Counted from the first letter of the stretch, positions 27,301 through 38,332 are shown. The stretch is 56,705 bases of DNA from a virus (IMGVR_UViG_3300035162_003548:1-56705); one strand, 5' to 3'. The notes: generated from the sequence alone by a model not told the origin. A program made the numbers and translations.

Positions 27301-28143
27301 CTAACCGATCATGTCAAAAGGTGGAAGTTCATATGTATTTGACATTTGCTCTCTAATAACTTCTAGGTCTTTCATTCCATCATCGTAAATTTGCCTTCCG
27401 TTTAATTCAGTTCCCCCTGGAAGTTTTACTCCTTGGAATTTAATTAAATTTTGGCCCCACTGTTTTTTAATTAGAGCAGTCAAATATTTCTTTAGAAAGG
27501 AATCATTATAGACTCTTGAATAATCAGAAGGATCTATAATTCTGTAGCAATCAAGAACGAAATAATCATCTTTCGAAACACTAGCCCAATCAATATCCAA
27601 ATATAATCTATCTTGTCTTTGATTAAATCTTATTTGCTTCTCAGTATTTAGCATAAAATCAAGATCTGCTAAGTATCTTTTAGTCATACCAAAACTGAGT
27701 ACTTCAGTTGATCCTAATCCATAAATATCGTTTAAGAAAATTTGATATTTAACACTAAACATATTATTTGTTGTAGTGTTAGATCCATCAAAACGAAAAA
27801 TTTTAGTTATACCAATAACAGAAGGTGGAACCTTAATATAATTATTATTTTCAGTGTAACTAAATTGAGTTGTAATTCCAACACTTTCTGAAACTGTTGT
27901 GGTTGTTATACCGCTTACACCAGGAGTTCCTGGTCCCTTACCCCTATTAATGTCATCTTCAGTAACTTTATAATGTAAAAATGTTTGCAATACACCATCA
28001 AAGTGTCTTTCATGAAAATACTGAATAGCATCGTCCACCAGATCCTCGATCTGCTCATCTGCAACATTAATTTCCAATACTGGGGCACCGAGTTGCCTCT
28101 TACAGTAGGTAATCAGTTCTTGTCGGGTAGATGGTTGTGCCAT
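27301..28143 (-). CDS. gp13: Neck protein
   Basis: RQLGAPVLEINVADEQ, KKQWGQNLIKFQGVKLPGGTELNG. Confidence 0.95.
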   Translation of the reverse strand: MAQPSTRQELITYCKRQLGAPVLEINVADEQIEDLVDDAIQYFHERHFDGVLQTFLHYKVTEDDINRGKGPGTPGVSGITTTTVSESVGITTQFSYTENNNYIKVPPSVIGITKIFRFDGSNTTTNNMFSVKYQIFLNDIYGLGSTEVLSFGMTKRYLADLDFMLNTEKQIRFNQRQDRLYLDIDWASVSKDDYFVLDCYRIIDPSDYSRVYNDSFLKKYLTALIKKQWGQNLIKFQGVKLPGGTELNGRQIYDDGMKDLEVIREQMSNTYELPPFDMIG

Positions 28144-28165
28144 TTACAATATATTACCTTTTTTA

Positions 28166-28173
28166 TATTTATA
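28166..28173 (-). promoter_or_regulatory. Late promoter TATAAATA for gp13
   Basis: Exact motif about 23 nt upstream of the gp13 ATG. Confidence 0.75.
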
Positions 28174-28561
28174 GAGACGATATAGACGAAACTCCTGGAC
28201 GCACAAGAATGTTTCCATTTACTAGTGAATAATACGTGCTTCCAGAACTAATAATTACATCATAGACATATCTACCTTCACTTATATTTTTTGTTTGAGT
28301 TCCTCCAAGAGAAATCTGAACTCTTCCATCAACTGCACTTGTAAATCCGACAGCAAATGTAGCCGTTGGAAATGCAGTAGACCCAATAGAAACACTTTTT
28401 GTCATTTGAGATGATCCAGAATATCCCTCAAGATTGAATGATGTATTTGATGTTCCTACAATTTCAAAGTTTCCTTCAAAATTTGCACCACCGAGCATTG
28501 TAAAATTTGCGGAATATGATGCTCCAGCATCTGGATCAAATGTTATTTTTTTAGTCGTCAT
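28169..28561 (-). CDS. Small beta-sandwich virion protein
   Basis: GANF...FNLEGYSGSSQMTK...GRVQISL..TQT...EGRYVYDV...GNILVRPGV pattern, typical of phage structural accessory proteins. Confidence 0.7.
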   Translation of the reverse strand: MTTKKITFDPDAGASYSANFTMLGGANFEGNFEIVGTSNTSFNLEGYSGSSQMTKSVSIGSTAFPTATFAVGFTSAVDGRVQISLGGTQTKNISEGRYVYDVIISSGSTYYSLVNGNILVRPGVSSISSL

Positions 28562-28733
28562 TTGAAATACCTATCATCTGCATAGTCTCTTGTTGTTTAT
28601 AATATAATTTGCAAAATGATTTTGCAATATTTCTAATAGTCTCAAGATCATTACAATCATCTATCTCAGCGGCTATCTTTTGATATGCAAAACTCTTAGA
28701 TAAATTTTTGAGTTCAATAGTATCAGGATCCAT
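28551..28733 (-). CDS. Putative NblA-like (phycobilisome degradation adaptor) protein
   Basis: About 60 aa, predicted two helices: IELKNLSKSFAYQKIAAEIDDCNDLETIRNIAKSFCKLYYKQQE; size and L-x3-F...D-x-E-x-I/LR-x2-AK...Q spacing resemble NblA. Confidence 0.45.
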   Translation of the reverse strand: MDPDTIELKNLSKSFAYQKIAAEIDDCNDLETIRNIAKSFCKLYYKQQETMQMIGISNDD

Positions 28734-28944
28734 TTGCAATACTCCTTAATAAAGTTTTAATTTCATTTAAATCATCTTTCATACTAGCAACATCATTTTC
28801 AAGTTTTTTTACCTTTTCTATCTCACCGCTTTTTGCATTACGGCGAGATATATATTCGGTGTATTGTGATGCGCTAGTGTTAACAATCAAATTTGTATCA
28901 GTGTCTCTAACTAAATGGGTTTGCCCCTTAACTTTATGTTTCAT
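28723..28944 (-). CDS. Small conserved coiled-coil protein
   Basis: MKHKVKGQTHLVRD...IVN...Y...LNEIKTLL; directly after the DUF4815-like gene. Confidence 0.7.
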   Translation of the reverse strand: MKHKVKGQTHLVRDTDTNLIVNTSASQYTEYISRRNAKSGEIEKVKKLENDVASMKDDLNEIKTLLRSIANGS

Positions 28945-28945
28945 A

Positions 28946-31900
28946 TTATGCGGTAGCAATAACTCTCAAATCCCTCATTCTTGGTGGATAAGTTTGATCA
29001 GAACTTGTCAATAGAATTTTAATTCTAAATGATTTGAATGATGGAAGATCATCTGCAGTAAATGTATACTCTCTAAAGTCTAAGTCTTGAGAAGCAAATC
29101 CTGAAACATCAGAAACCGCATTAAAAGTATCTGATTTACCATTACTATCCTCAAGAGCAATAATCTCTCTACGATCATTTAAATTATCAAATCCTGGGAA
29201 TGGAACGAATATTGGATCAAAATTAGAAGATTCGCTGATAGCATAGAAAGCTCTAATGTCAGAGTAATTATTAATATGTGCATCAAGCACAATCTTGAGA
29301 GAAGATGCAGGATTTTCTAAAGTATTTTCTTTAGAAACATATTGGCAAGAAGTGGGATCCTCAGTTATACTATTGACCCTATTATCAATTGCATAATTTG
29401 AAATTGGAGAATCAACTCTATTTGATGTAAGAATGGCACTCATTCTTTGTGTGTCAATGACAGGTGATATAAATTCATTATCAGTAGTTAACTCAAGAGA
29501 AATATTCAAAGAACGATCTCCTGGAAGTTCTTGAGTTGATGCGTTTGATGTTTCATTAACTCTAGAAGCAATAATTCTAGGTGAAGTAAGATAGTTGCTA
29601 GTATTTAAAGCAAGTGCTTCTACATCTTGAACAACGAATGGTAGATCTGCTCCAGTTCCAGAACCATCATTTAAACTAGTACCTGAAATAGATCTCAATG
29701 TAGCATTAATATTTGTTCCTGGTAAAGTTAAGTTTTGAATCTGTGGAGTGATGATCTCATACTGCATGTTTTGAGTTGCTTTAACTTCAAATCCACCAGT
29801 TGATTTAGTTTGATTGAAGTAAAGAATTGGGAAACTTTCTCCAGTTGTTCTAGCAATTCCAGATGTTCCCATATCAACTTTGACATTATATGAATCAAAT
29901 GATATTGGATTTGACGTGGTTACATCACTTAAAGAATGTTCTTTGTTAATTCTTCTTAAAGAAACTCCACCAAGTTCGTACTTGTAAACAGCAGTTCCAG
30001 CTGGATAGTTTCTTGATGATGTTCCATCAATCTTTCTAACAATTCCACCAAGTGTATTTGCAGAAGTCTCTGTATATGATAAGATCTCATCACCAATTAT
30101 AAGATATCCAGCATTAGTTGTACCAATACCGACACTTTCAAAAGATCCAAATTCAGAGTTATCATCAATACTAATATCTGCAGAAGATGCTGAATCATAT
30201 GCAACAGACAGTTTTGTCGGTTGGATATCTGACTCTACATCAGAAATAATCACTTTGTTTGTTTCATGATGCATTCCATGATTTTTATGATCGACGGAAA
30301 TATGAAGACCATCAGAGATTGATACGACTGAACTAATCAGAACATTAGCACCAGTACCATTAAGAGTAGTTCCAACTCCAACACTATTAATGAATCTAAC
30401 AGTGTTTCCTGCACCTGTAATAAAATCACCTTGGACATTATCCAAAATTAATTGATTTGTAGAGCCAATCGATGTTACAGAGAATCTAGCATTTCTTCCA
30501 ACTTCTTGATTACCAAGACCTCCAGAAATTTCAAGAACATCGCCAACTGAATATCCTGTTCCGCCAGAATTTACAGTAGCAGCAATTGCAACACCATTAT
30601 TAATGTGAATATTTGCTGTCAGATTTTGTCCACTTCCTGTAATATTATTCAAAGAAACATTATTAAAACCTTCACTACCAGATGCTGGAGTAAACCCGAT
30701 ACCAGAGTTGATAAGAGTCAAAGAACCTGTTCCAGATCCTGCGCTTCCGACATAATTTCCAGTTGCATTAGATCCTTCTTGGAAAACAGTGTTTCCAAGT
30801 TCTAACTGATTTCCGGTGAAAAGTACACCAGAAGATAATCCAACCTTAATTCTTCTTGAATTGATATTGATAGGATCTGGCATCAAAGTTGGAATTTGAG
30901 AATTACCCTCTGAAAGAATTGGACTGTAAATTTCCATTGTTCCCGACGGGCTAAATCTTGCCCTGTTGAGAATAAACTTCAGATCTTCCCACTGACTTGG
31001 TTCCCAAGTAGATCCATTTTGAGATTTGAACAAAGACCCAAGATTTGGTTGATTAGAAACAAATTGATCAGTTATCAAATCATTTTCTCCAATTCTAGAG
31101 ATATAAACTCTATATTTTGTAGATGTAGATAGCAGGACAATAGCATACTCAATTTGATCTTCAACATAAACTGGAGAATCAAAGAACATCCTAGTAGCAA
31201 TGTCGCCGTCAGGTGATGTAGTGATATCAGCAGGACGAACAGTTACTTCAGAGAAAGGTAAAATAGTTTCGGTAGGAGTTCCATTTTCCATCGTCCTCAA
31301 CTGTAGAATGACGGGAATATCATTAGTATCTTTTTCTGCGAAGAAAATGTCTACACTAGTTAAGAATACTCCTCCAGCATCTCCAAACACTGTAAATGAC
31401 TGTGCAAGTGGATCTCTTCTTCTTCTACGTCTGTTTCTTCTTCTTCTTGCACTTCTCCTACGCCCTCTTCTTGGGGGTGGTGCTGGGCGAGGTGCTGGTC
31501 TCCCCCTTCTAGCGGATCTGTTAGGTTGTCTTGGAGTCGTTCCAGGCCTTGGAGCGGGGCTAGGAGCGGGTGAAGGTGGTCTCGGTGGTGGTGGGGGTGG
31601 TATGAATGTTGATCCAGTCAGAACAGTTGTAGTTTGTGTGTCGATTACTGCAGTAGATGTATCTGTTCCAGTAAATTCACGTCTAGCAACTTCTTCTCTT
31701 TCTGCAACAACTTCAATTTTTGCATTTCTTACCGAGACTATAGTCTCCTGTACAGTTTCTAGAGTTCCGCTTGCAGTGTAAGTTTCTGTTGCTGATGTTG
31801 TTGCATCTTCAGTGCTATTATTTTTATTATCAATTAAAGTAAATGTTTTTGTTCCCGTGGTAAATCTGGGATTTACACTTCTTGTTGGGGGAGGAATAAA

Positions 31901-34900
31901 GAAACTTCCTAAAACATCAGAACTTAAATCGGTGACAAGTCTCTTATTAACAATTCTAGCTAATGATCCAGAAGTTGTACCTCTTAAGATCATTCCACTC
32001 TCGATATATCCAAAGAAATCTCCGGCAGGTTGTTCAGCAAGAGACAATGTATCAACATTAAGTATTGAAGAAGTTGGGGAATAAGTTGCGGGTAAAGATC
32101 CTGAATCACCTTCGGAAAATAGTTCAAATTCTCCTCTTAAGGCTTCATCCGATTTGGATCCAACGGTAGAAGTATATGGATTACTTGCATATATTCTTGA
32201 TGGAGCATCAAACTCACCTTCCTTATGATTTGCTTGAGCGAGTCTAAATCTTATTTGATTACCAACTCTAAAAGAACCCCCTCCAGAACTTTGATTAGTA
32301 TTGACAGTTCCAAATATAGTTTCACCTACTCGGAAAGTTCCCTTGATCATTTGAACTTCTAATAGTTTTGGAACGATGAATTTAGATACATCAATTCCAT
32401 CAAAGAAAGCATGAACTTGAGTTAAAGGCTTAAATCCCTTACCAATAAATTCAATATTCCTAGATCTCATGAAAGAAATAATTTCTCTACTGATTGTTCT
32501 TTCGCCAAGATTAGTTGTTTCAATTTGAGGAGTGATTAATTGCCTTCTTCCATGTCTAAAATCAGTTCCAAGTCTAAAATTGTCAGTAAAAGTATCTTGG
32601 AAAGTTGTTCTAGTAGTACTTTGGAAACTGTTAATTCTTCTTCCGCCACCCTGAGCGGTGTTTGTGGAGAAGTTATTACGTCCAGTAATTTGTGATCTAG
32701 TAGCTCTACGAACAACTACATCAGTTCCTGTCCATTGAGTTTGCCATGCGTTCCAAAGAATTGGAGTTAATCCGGTTTGAGGATCAAATCCACCAAATTG
32801 TCTAGCAGCAAAATCTACAGTGCTTGCATAATTACCTTCAACATCAATTACTTTTGCTTTTATTTTAGCAGTATCAGTCCAGGTATCAGATGCTGGAGTA
32901 AGTTTAATGTTTGCACTCCAGAAATTCAATAGGAAAGGAGTTACATTTTCAGATCTAGTTGCATAAATTTGTGAAAGATATTCAACTTCTTCATATGCCA
33001 ATGTAATAACATCAGTTGATCTTAGAATATTATTTCCTTCTGGAGTCAAAAATCTAGGAGAAATTGCTATATTTACTCCATCAACTGGTCCAGTAACTAA
33101 ATCAACAGAATTTGTATAGTGAGATGCTCTACACTCTTTATTTTCTTTATCAATACTATTTTTAATAACTTTTCTATCTTCTTGTGCTAAGAAAGATGTA
33201 AAATTGTCAACAAAAAAACCTGACTTAAACTTATTGAGACCTGAATTATCTGGAACAAATAAATTTGCAGTTTCTGTCTCCAACATTGACAGAGATGTAT
33301 AGTATTCAAGATTTTTAATTCTATCTTCTAATTTTGCAATATCTTGCATCCTATATCTTTTATGATTTGGGAAAGATATCGAAGCATCATCTGCATCATA
33401 CAAATATGGTGGAAGATTTATTGTTGCAATCTCTAATGCATTGTTAATAGGATCTGGTTTTTCTGGATTTTCTGCAGGATTGCCAAGTTTTACATTAAGT
33501 TCTCCTTTAGTATTGATATACAATCTATCAATTCTTCCACCATAGAAAGAATAATTAGTCACAATGGACTCATCTGATGCTAAAATATTAGTCGCAGAAT
33601 TTCCAGAAGCAGTGAAAGTTCTACCTAAAAATTCTAGTGGAGATCTTGTAGATTCTGTTGTAGAATAATTTGATACTTTTGGTCTAATATCAATTATATC
33701 AGTATTTCTATTCCCATTTATAATTTGGATATCTTCTGAATAATCAAAACTTTCATAAGAATTTGTAGTTGTAATATCCCCTTCATCTGCAGAATCATAA
33801 TAACCACTTTCAAAATAAATTTTTATTTGTCTAGAAGGTTCTTTTACAGTAGATTTTCTAGTTAAGAATCCATAATCATAAAATGTTGCTTTTTGTCCAT
33901 TATTAAATGTATAGTTTGCAGAAATATCTTTACTTGGAATATCTAGAGTAGTTACAACTGCTTGTAATGTAGATTCTTCAAATTTGACAGTTTCTCCCTC
34001 ACTAAATCCTAAATCATTTATGTCAATATAATTTAATTGTTCATCTGCAACTTTTTCTGCAACAATAGCTATTGCACCTGATGTTTGACCTATAATCTTT
34101 TCACCAATTACCAGATCACTAGTTTTTCCAGTTGGACCATTAATTGAAGATAAGGTCATCTTTGGAGCAGATGCCTGAGCCGTATTATATGATTCAAAAA
34201 TTCCTAAAATTTTAATAATATCGCCAGTATTCAATACAATTCTTTCGTCTTGGACACGAGTTCCAAATGGATAACTTCCATACGAAAGACCGTCATTTAA
34301 CGTAGTTGCTCCAACACCAGATCCATTTAATTTAGATGTACTAACAATTAAAGTGTTTACTCTATTTTTTCTTTTAACTTTTTCTTTTGGTTTTATCTTT
34401 TTAATAGTAGTAACTAATGTTGCCTCCATGTTTGCACTGAGGTCATTACCAATATTATTGATTTGAAGTACTTTATTTCCGCTAGTGAATGCTAGTTTAT
34501 CTGATGTTAAAACCTCTGTAGTTCCGTCAGCTCTTACTAAAGCATATCTTTCTTCATCAAATGCCAAAAATGTTTCATTGTTTCCCGCATTGACAGCAGA
34601 ATTCAATTCATTATCTGTTGTGACGATGACATCAAAAGACTTTCTAATAATAAGTTGTGCATCTGAAAGATCAACATTTGAAATGTTTCTCTTTGGCATT
34701 TCTGTGTAAAGCCTATTCTCTTGAGCATCTGCTAAAGGAGTGCTTATAAATCTTAAATCAGATACACTTACAATATTTGAGGCTCCAACTTGAGGAATTT
34801 GTCCTTCAGATACACCCAATACTGTTGTAACGCCAGTTATTGTAACTTGAGAACTTCCAACACTAACAATTCTTGCAAAAGTTTCTGTTGATTGTATGGT

Positions 34901-36775
34901 TGAAATTCCAGTATTGGTAAATGCTAGTAAATTTCCAACTTTTAAATTACCTGGAAATAGTGAATTAATACTAGTTACTGTACTTATACCAGTTGAACTA
35001 ACTCTATCTGTTACTTGAGCTTGTCCAAAAAAGAATGAATTTTTTTGTATAGAGTCTGCAACAAAAGTTAATCCAACTCCAACATTACCTTCACCTGCAG
35101 TGACAGATGGTCCACCATAAATTGCTTTAACATCCGACATTGAATAGGATGTCACAGCAACAGCAACTCTAGAATCTTCTATTCCATTAAGAATGAATGG
35201 TTCATTTTTTAAAAAATTTCCAGTTGTATCATAGATTTTTAGTGAAGTACTATTTGATACAGAAGTTCTTAAAAATCCAGTTGCCCCACTATATTTTCCT
35301 TTTATAAAAGTTGGAGTGCTTAGAGTTGTTGTTTCATTTAATGTAACATTTGTCTGTAAACGAACGTCAAATAAAGAAACATCCCATTGATTTATAGTGG
35401 GAACTGTAGAGTCATATGAACCAGACTCTAGAGCACAATCATATATTCTTGCCAATCCAATTTCTTCACCTGGAGCTGCTGTGCTTAGACCAATTCTATT
35501 GTCACGCAAACTTACAATATATGTGTTTCCTATTCCAATTTTGGGAGATCCTTTAACGTTATTGACTCTTAAAGTTACTCCTGTATTATAAATTATTGCT
35601 TGATTTTCTAATAATGCAGTAGTTCTTGGTTTGGGGAAGTCTACATATGAAGTATCTAAAGTTGATACTTCATACCCTTTAACAAATGCTTTTCCAGGTG
35701 AAACTGAATATAGACCAAGGTTATCATTTACTAACTCTCCATCCTCAGTCTCTTGACCTTCGGAAAACACTCCATTATTTCCTATTCCATTATTGAGAGA
35801 TTCTCTTACTTCAATATCAAAAGGGACGACAGTATAGTCACCAGATTCAGCATAAGTTCTTCTTGCCAATTCATCTCTGATGATATTATATTGTGGGGTT
35901 GTAGTAGAGTCGCTTTCTAATACACCCTCTTCAATTTTTACTAACTCTACAAAATTTGCATCCTCAATATCATCAATAGGTTTTGCAGATAATATACATC
36001 TAATTCTTAATCTATCCGCTCCTGGTGCTGCATAATTATTAAATCCTTTTGAATTATCAGATAATGATAGATCTTCATCGGCATTAACAATGTCTTCTTG
36101 AACTGTAAACCCTATTCTTGCAGTTGGAATATTATCATATTGATCCAATATCAATGTTTGGGATTCAATACTAATAAAGTTCCCTCTTATAAAATAAACT
36201 CCATTTTCAATAGAAAAAGAAGCACCGGTAGTTACAGAGTTTTCTGAAAGTGTCGATGCAAAAGATTCTCCTGATGGAATAAAGATATTATTATCTGGAC
36301 CAGAAACAAGGTCTTCGTCACACAGTAAAAGTTCTCCATCAGAAAATTCGTCTTGATTATTATCAACCAGACCACTTGAAAGATATGTAATATAAATTGT
36401 TAATAAATCAAAGTCACTTTCTTCCGGCGTGATAAAACTAATTACCTCTGCAGTAACACCTGAAGTCTGACCAATTATTTTTTTGCCAATTAGTTGTGAT
36501 GCATATGACTCAACAGGGATTCCCAAATGAGTTACATTTACAGAAACTCCTGTAAAAGATGGATCATAAGTAGTATTTCCGGGAATTACTTTGGCACCCT
36601 CTTTAAACATATGAGAACCAAACTGGTCAATTTGGTTCTGTAGAATAGATTGGAGTCCAGTTAATTCTCTAGCTTGTACAGGATATCCTGGTTTAAACAG
36701 AACCTTATAATAGTTGTTAGATTTGTCAAAATCATCAAAATATGGTGATACATTGAGGTTAGTTTGTTGAGCCAT
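28946..36775 (-). CDS. Large virion structural protein, DUF4815 / VrlC-like (2609 aa)
   Basis: NLNVSPYFDDF, LFKPGYPVQARELT, APGADR, LARRTYAESGDY, RYRMQDIAKLEDRIKNLEYYTSLS, KSGFFVDNF, DPLAQSF, C-terminal DLRVIATA. Confidence 0.9.
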   Translation of the reverse strand: MAQQTNLNVSPYFDDFDKSNNYYKVLFKPGYPVQARELTGLQSILQNQIDQFGSHMFKEGAKVIPGNTTYDPSFTGVSVNVTHLGIPVESYASQLIGKKIIGQTSGVTAEVISFITPEESDFDLLTIYITYLSSGLVDNNQDEFSDGELLLCDEDLVSGPDNNIFIPSGESFASTLSENSVTTGASFSIENGVYFIRGNFISIESQTLILDQYDNIPTARIGFTVQEDIVNADEDLSLSDNSKGFNNYAAPGADRLRIRCILSAKPIDDIEDANFVELVKIEEGVLESDSTTTPQYNIIRDELARRTYAESGDYTVVPFDIEVRESLNNGIGNNGVFSEGQETEDGELVNDNLGLYSVSPGKAFVKGYEVSTLDTSYVDFPKPRTTALLENQAIIYNTGVTLRVNNVKGSPKIGIGNTYIVSLRDNRIGLSTAAPGEEIGLARIYDCALESGSYDSTVPTINQWDVSLFDVRLQTNVTLNETTTLSTPTFIKGKYSGATGFLRTSVSNSTSLKIYDTTGNFLKNEPFILNGIEDSRVAVAVTSYSMSDVKAIYGGPSVTAGEGNVGVGLTFVADSIQKNSFFFGQAQVTDRVSSTGISTVTSINSLFPGNLKVGNLLAFTNTGISTIQSTETFARIVSVGSSQVTITGVTTVLGVSEGQIPQVGASNIVSVSDLRFISTPLADAQENRLYTEMPKRNISNVDLSDAQLIIRKSFDVIVTTDNELNSAVNAGNNETFLAFDEERYALVRADGTTEVLTSDKLAFTSGNKVLQINNIGNDLSANMEATLVTTIKKIKPKEKVKRKNRVNTLIVSTSKLNGSGVGATTLNDGLSYGSYPFGTRVQDERIVLNTGDIIKILGIFESYNTAQASAPKMTLSSINGPTGKTSDLVIGEKIIGQTSGAIAIVAEKVADEQLNYIDINDLGFSEGETVKFEESTLQAVVTTLDIPSKDISANYTFNNGQKATFYDYGFLTRKSTVKEPSRQIKIYFESGYYDSADEGDITTTNSYESFDYSEDIQIINGNRNTDIIDIRPKVSNYSTTESTRSPLEFLGRTFTASGNSATNILASDESIVTNYSFYGGRIDRLYINTKGELNVKLGNPAENPEKPDPINNALEIATINLPPYLYDADDASISFPNHKRYRMQDIAKLEDRIKNLEYYTSLSMLETETANLFVPDNSGLNKFKSGFFVDNFTSFLAQEDRKVIKNSIDKENKECRASHYTNSVDLVTGPVDGVNIAISPRFLTPEGNNILRSTDVITLAYEEVEYLSQIYATRSENVTPFLLNFWSANIKLTPASDTWTDTAKIKAKVIDVEGNYASTVDFAARQFGGFDPQTGLTPILWNAWQTQWTGTDVVVRRATRSQITGRNNFSTNTAQGGGRRINSFQSTTRTTFQDTFTDNFRLGTDFRHGRRQLITPQIETTNLGERTISREIISFMRSRNIEFIGKGFKPLTQVHAFFDGIDVSKFIVPKLLEVQMIKGTFRVGETIFGTVNTNQSSGGGSFRVGNQIRFRLAQANHKEGEFDAPSRIYASNPYTSTVGSKSDEALRGEFELFSEGDSGSLPATYSPTSSILNVDTLSLAEQPAGDFFGYIESGMILRGTTSGSLARIVNKRLVTDLSSDVLGSFFIPPPTRSVNPRFTTGTKTFTLIDNKNNSTEDATTSATETYTASGTLETVQETIVSVRNAKIEVVAEREEVARREFTGTDTSTAVIDTQTTTVLTGSTFIPPPPPPRPPSPAPSPAPRPGTTPRQPNRSARRGRPAPRPAPPPRRGRRRSARRRRNRRRRRRDPLAQSFTVFGDAGGVFLTSVDIFFAEKDTNDIPVILQLRTMENGTPTETILPFSEVTVRPADITTSPDGDIATRMFFDSPVYVEDQIEYAIVLLSTSTKYRVYISRIGENDLITDQFVSNQPNLGSLFKSQNGSTWEPSQWEDLKFILNRARFSPSGTMEIYSPILSEGNSQIPTLMPDPININSRRIKVGLSSGVLFTGNQLELGNTVFQEGSNATGNYVGSAGSGTGSLTLINSGIGFTPASGSEGFNNVSLNNITGSGQNLTANIHINNGVAIAATVNSGGTGYSVGDVLEISGGLGNQEVGRNARFSVTSIGSTNQLILDNVQGDFITGAGNTVRFINSVGVGTTLNGTGANVLISSVVSISDGLHISVDHKNHGMHHETNKVIISDVESDIQPTKLSVAYDSASSADISIDDNSEFGSFESVGIGTTNAGYLIIGDEILSYTETSANTLGGIVRKIDGTSSRNYPAGTAVYKYELGGVSLRRINKEHSLSDVTTSNPISFDSYNVKVDMGTSGIARTTGESFPILYFNQTKSTGGFEVKATQNMQYEIITPQIQNLTLPGTNINATLRSISGTSLNDGSGTGADLPFVVQDVEALALNTSNYLTSPRIIASRVNETSNASTQELPGDRSLNISLELTTDNEFISPVIDTQRMSAILTSNRVDSPISNYAIDNRVNSITEDPTSCQYVSKENTLENPASSLKIVLDAHINNYSDIRAFYAISESSNFDPIFVPFPGFDNLNDRREIIALEDSNGKSDTFNAVSDVSGFASQDLDFREYTFTADDLPSFKSFRIKILLTSSDQTYPPRMRDLRVIATA

Positions 36776-36781
36776 GGTTTA

Positions 36782-38332
36782 TTAAAACTGCAGTATAATT
36801 TTAATATCTTCTTTTTGACTTGAAGATCTTGTAATAGATGGTCGGTTGTCGATATAGATTATATCTCCAGTGTATTTGGCAACCTCTGGATTTGACACAC
36901 CATTCGTAAACGATTGTCCAAGGTAATATGTTCTATTATTTAGAGTGGTAGAAACACCACTAAATGTAGTTGCAATATTCAATCCAGAAGTTGTACCAAC
37001 AATTTCTATAGAACCATTTCCCGATATTGAATCAGAAAATCTATTTAATGTATATCCATATTGTGGGTTAGTTTGTGCTGTTCCAACGGTATTAAATCCG
37101 GCAAGAGTTCTATCTTGCCAATATTTCAAAACTCCAGTTGTTTGTTCATAGTTAACTACTCTACCAACAGCAGTAACTCCTGTTCCAATAGTTTGAGTGA
37201 TAAAAGAATCTGCAGTAAAAGTCGCTGAACTATATCCAACCCCAGTCAATCTTAATGCATATACCGCACTAGCTTTAGATAATGAAAGGTTTGATGTAGA
37301 ATTATATGCTTTTGGATTTTTTACAATGCCAATTCTTGATATCTGGTTTCCAGTCACAAAGTCTGGATTTTCGTCATCATTTTCAATCCTAGCGTACATT
37401 AACGCATTTTTTGCTCCCAATTCTCTATAAATGTCTTTTCCATGTCCACCAGGAGGAGACATAATAACATCAAGAACTGGTTGAGGATTACCTATAGGCA
37501 CATTTCCAGCAACTAAATTTACATTACCAAAAGAATAATTTTTCCCTGGATTTGAAATTGTCACACTTTCAACTTGTTGATCATTATTAACTACAACTGT
37601 ACATTCTGCATCACTTCCGTCACCATGGATTGGAACTCTAGTATAAGTTCTATTTGCAGTTCCTAATCCAACACCTCTATTTTTGATAATGACTGTTTTA
37701 ATGCTCCCATCAACAGCACTATCTCTCACCGAAGCATTATTATTACTAGTTTCCCAATTCAAAGGGACTGGCATGTAATCTGTTGAATCAAACTTAACTA
37801 AATCGGAGGGTTTTATTGTATAAAGATATTTCCAAATATATCCATCACCAGTATTACCTGCCGATCTTGGTTCCAAATCAGTAAATGTTGGTTCATCTAA
37901 TGAAGGCCTTCCATCAGGATTTTCTGGATTTGTTCCATTATCTAAACAAATATACACTCTATAATCGCTGTTAAGTACATAATAATTTGCAGAATACAGT
38001 GAAGTTCCACTAGCATTTGAAGGAATATTTAATATACTATAATCATCTCTATAATAGTCATAGGTGGTTCCAGAACTCCAACTTGTTTTAGATACAACTT
38101 GTTTGATATCATCGGATGTTATTTTTTTCATAGCAATCATGCTATCCCAAATATCATTCGCTGCACTAAAACTATCGGTTGGACTAGGTGGATCTTCATT
38201 CCAATCTGGTTCAATATCTGTTGGGTTTGGCAATCCAACAAAAGCATAGTAAGAATTATCCGAAGTAGTTACACCCGCAACAAAGTTTTTTGCATTTAAT
38301 ATTCTAATTTGATCAGTTATAATTGCAGACAT
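36782..38332 (-). CDS. gp8: Baseplate wedge subunit
   Basis: AIITDQIRILNAKNF, YRVYICLDN, DGYIWKYLYTI, GGHG, GDIIYIDNR...QKEDIKIILQF. Confidence 0.92.
   Translation of the reverse strand: MSAIITDQIRILNAKNFVAGVTTSDNSYYAFVGLPNPTDIEPDWNEDPPSPTDSFSAANDIWDSMIAMKKITSDDIKQVVSKTSWSSGTTYDYYRDDYSILNIPSNASGTSLYSANYYVLNSDYRVYICLDNGTNPENPDGRPSLDEPTFTDLEPRSAGNTGDGYIWKYLYTIKPSDLVKFDSTDYMPVPLNWETSNNNASVRDSAVDGSIKTVIIKNRGVGLGTANRTYTRVPIHGDGSDAECTVVVNNDQQVESVTISNPGKNYSFGNVNLVAGNVPIGNPQPVLDVIMSPPGGHGKDIYRELGAKNALMYARIENDDENPDFVTGNQISRIGIVKNPKAYNSTSNLSLSKASAVYALRLTGVGYSSATFTADSFITQTIGTGVTAVGRVVNYEQTTGVLKYWQDRTLAGFNTVGTAQTNPQYGYTLNRFSDSISGNGSIEIVGTTSGLNIATTFSGVSTTLNNRTYYLGQSFTNGVSNPEVAKYTGDIIYIDNRPSITRSSSQKEDIKIILQF

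Noticed and set aside
31200-31781. 193-aa plus-strand Gly/Leu-rich ORF
   Set aside because: Antisense reading of the Pro/Arg insert codons; open because of local GC richness
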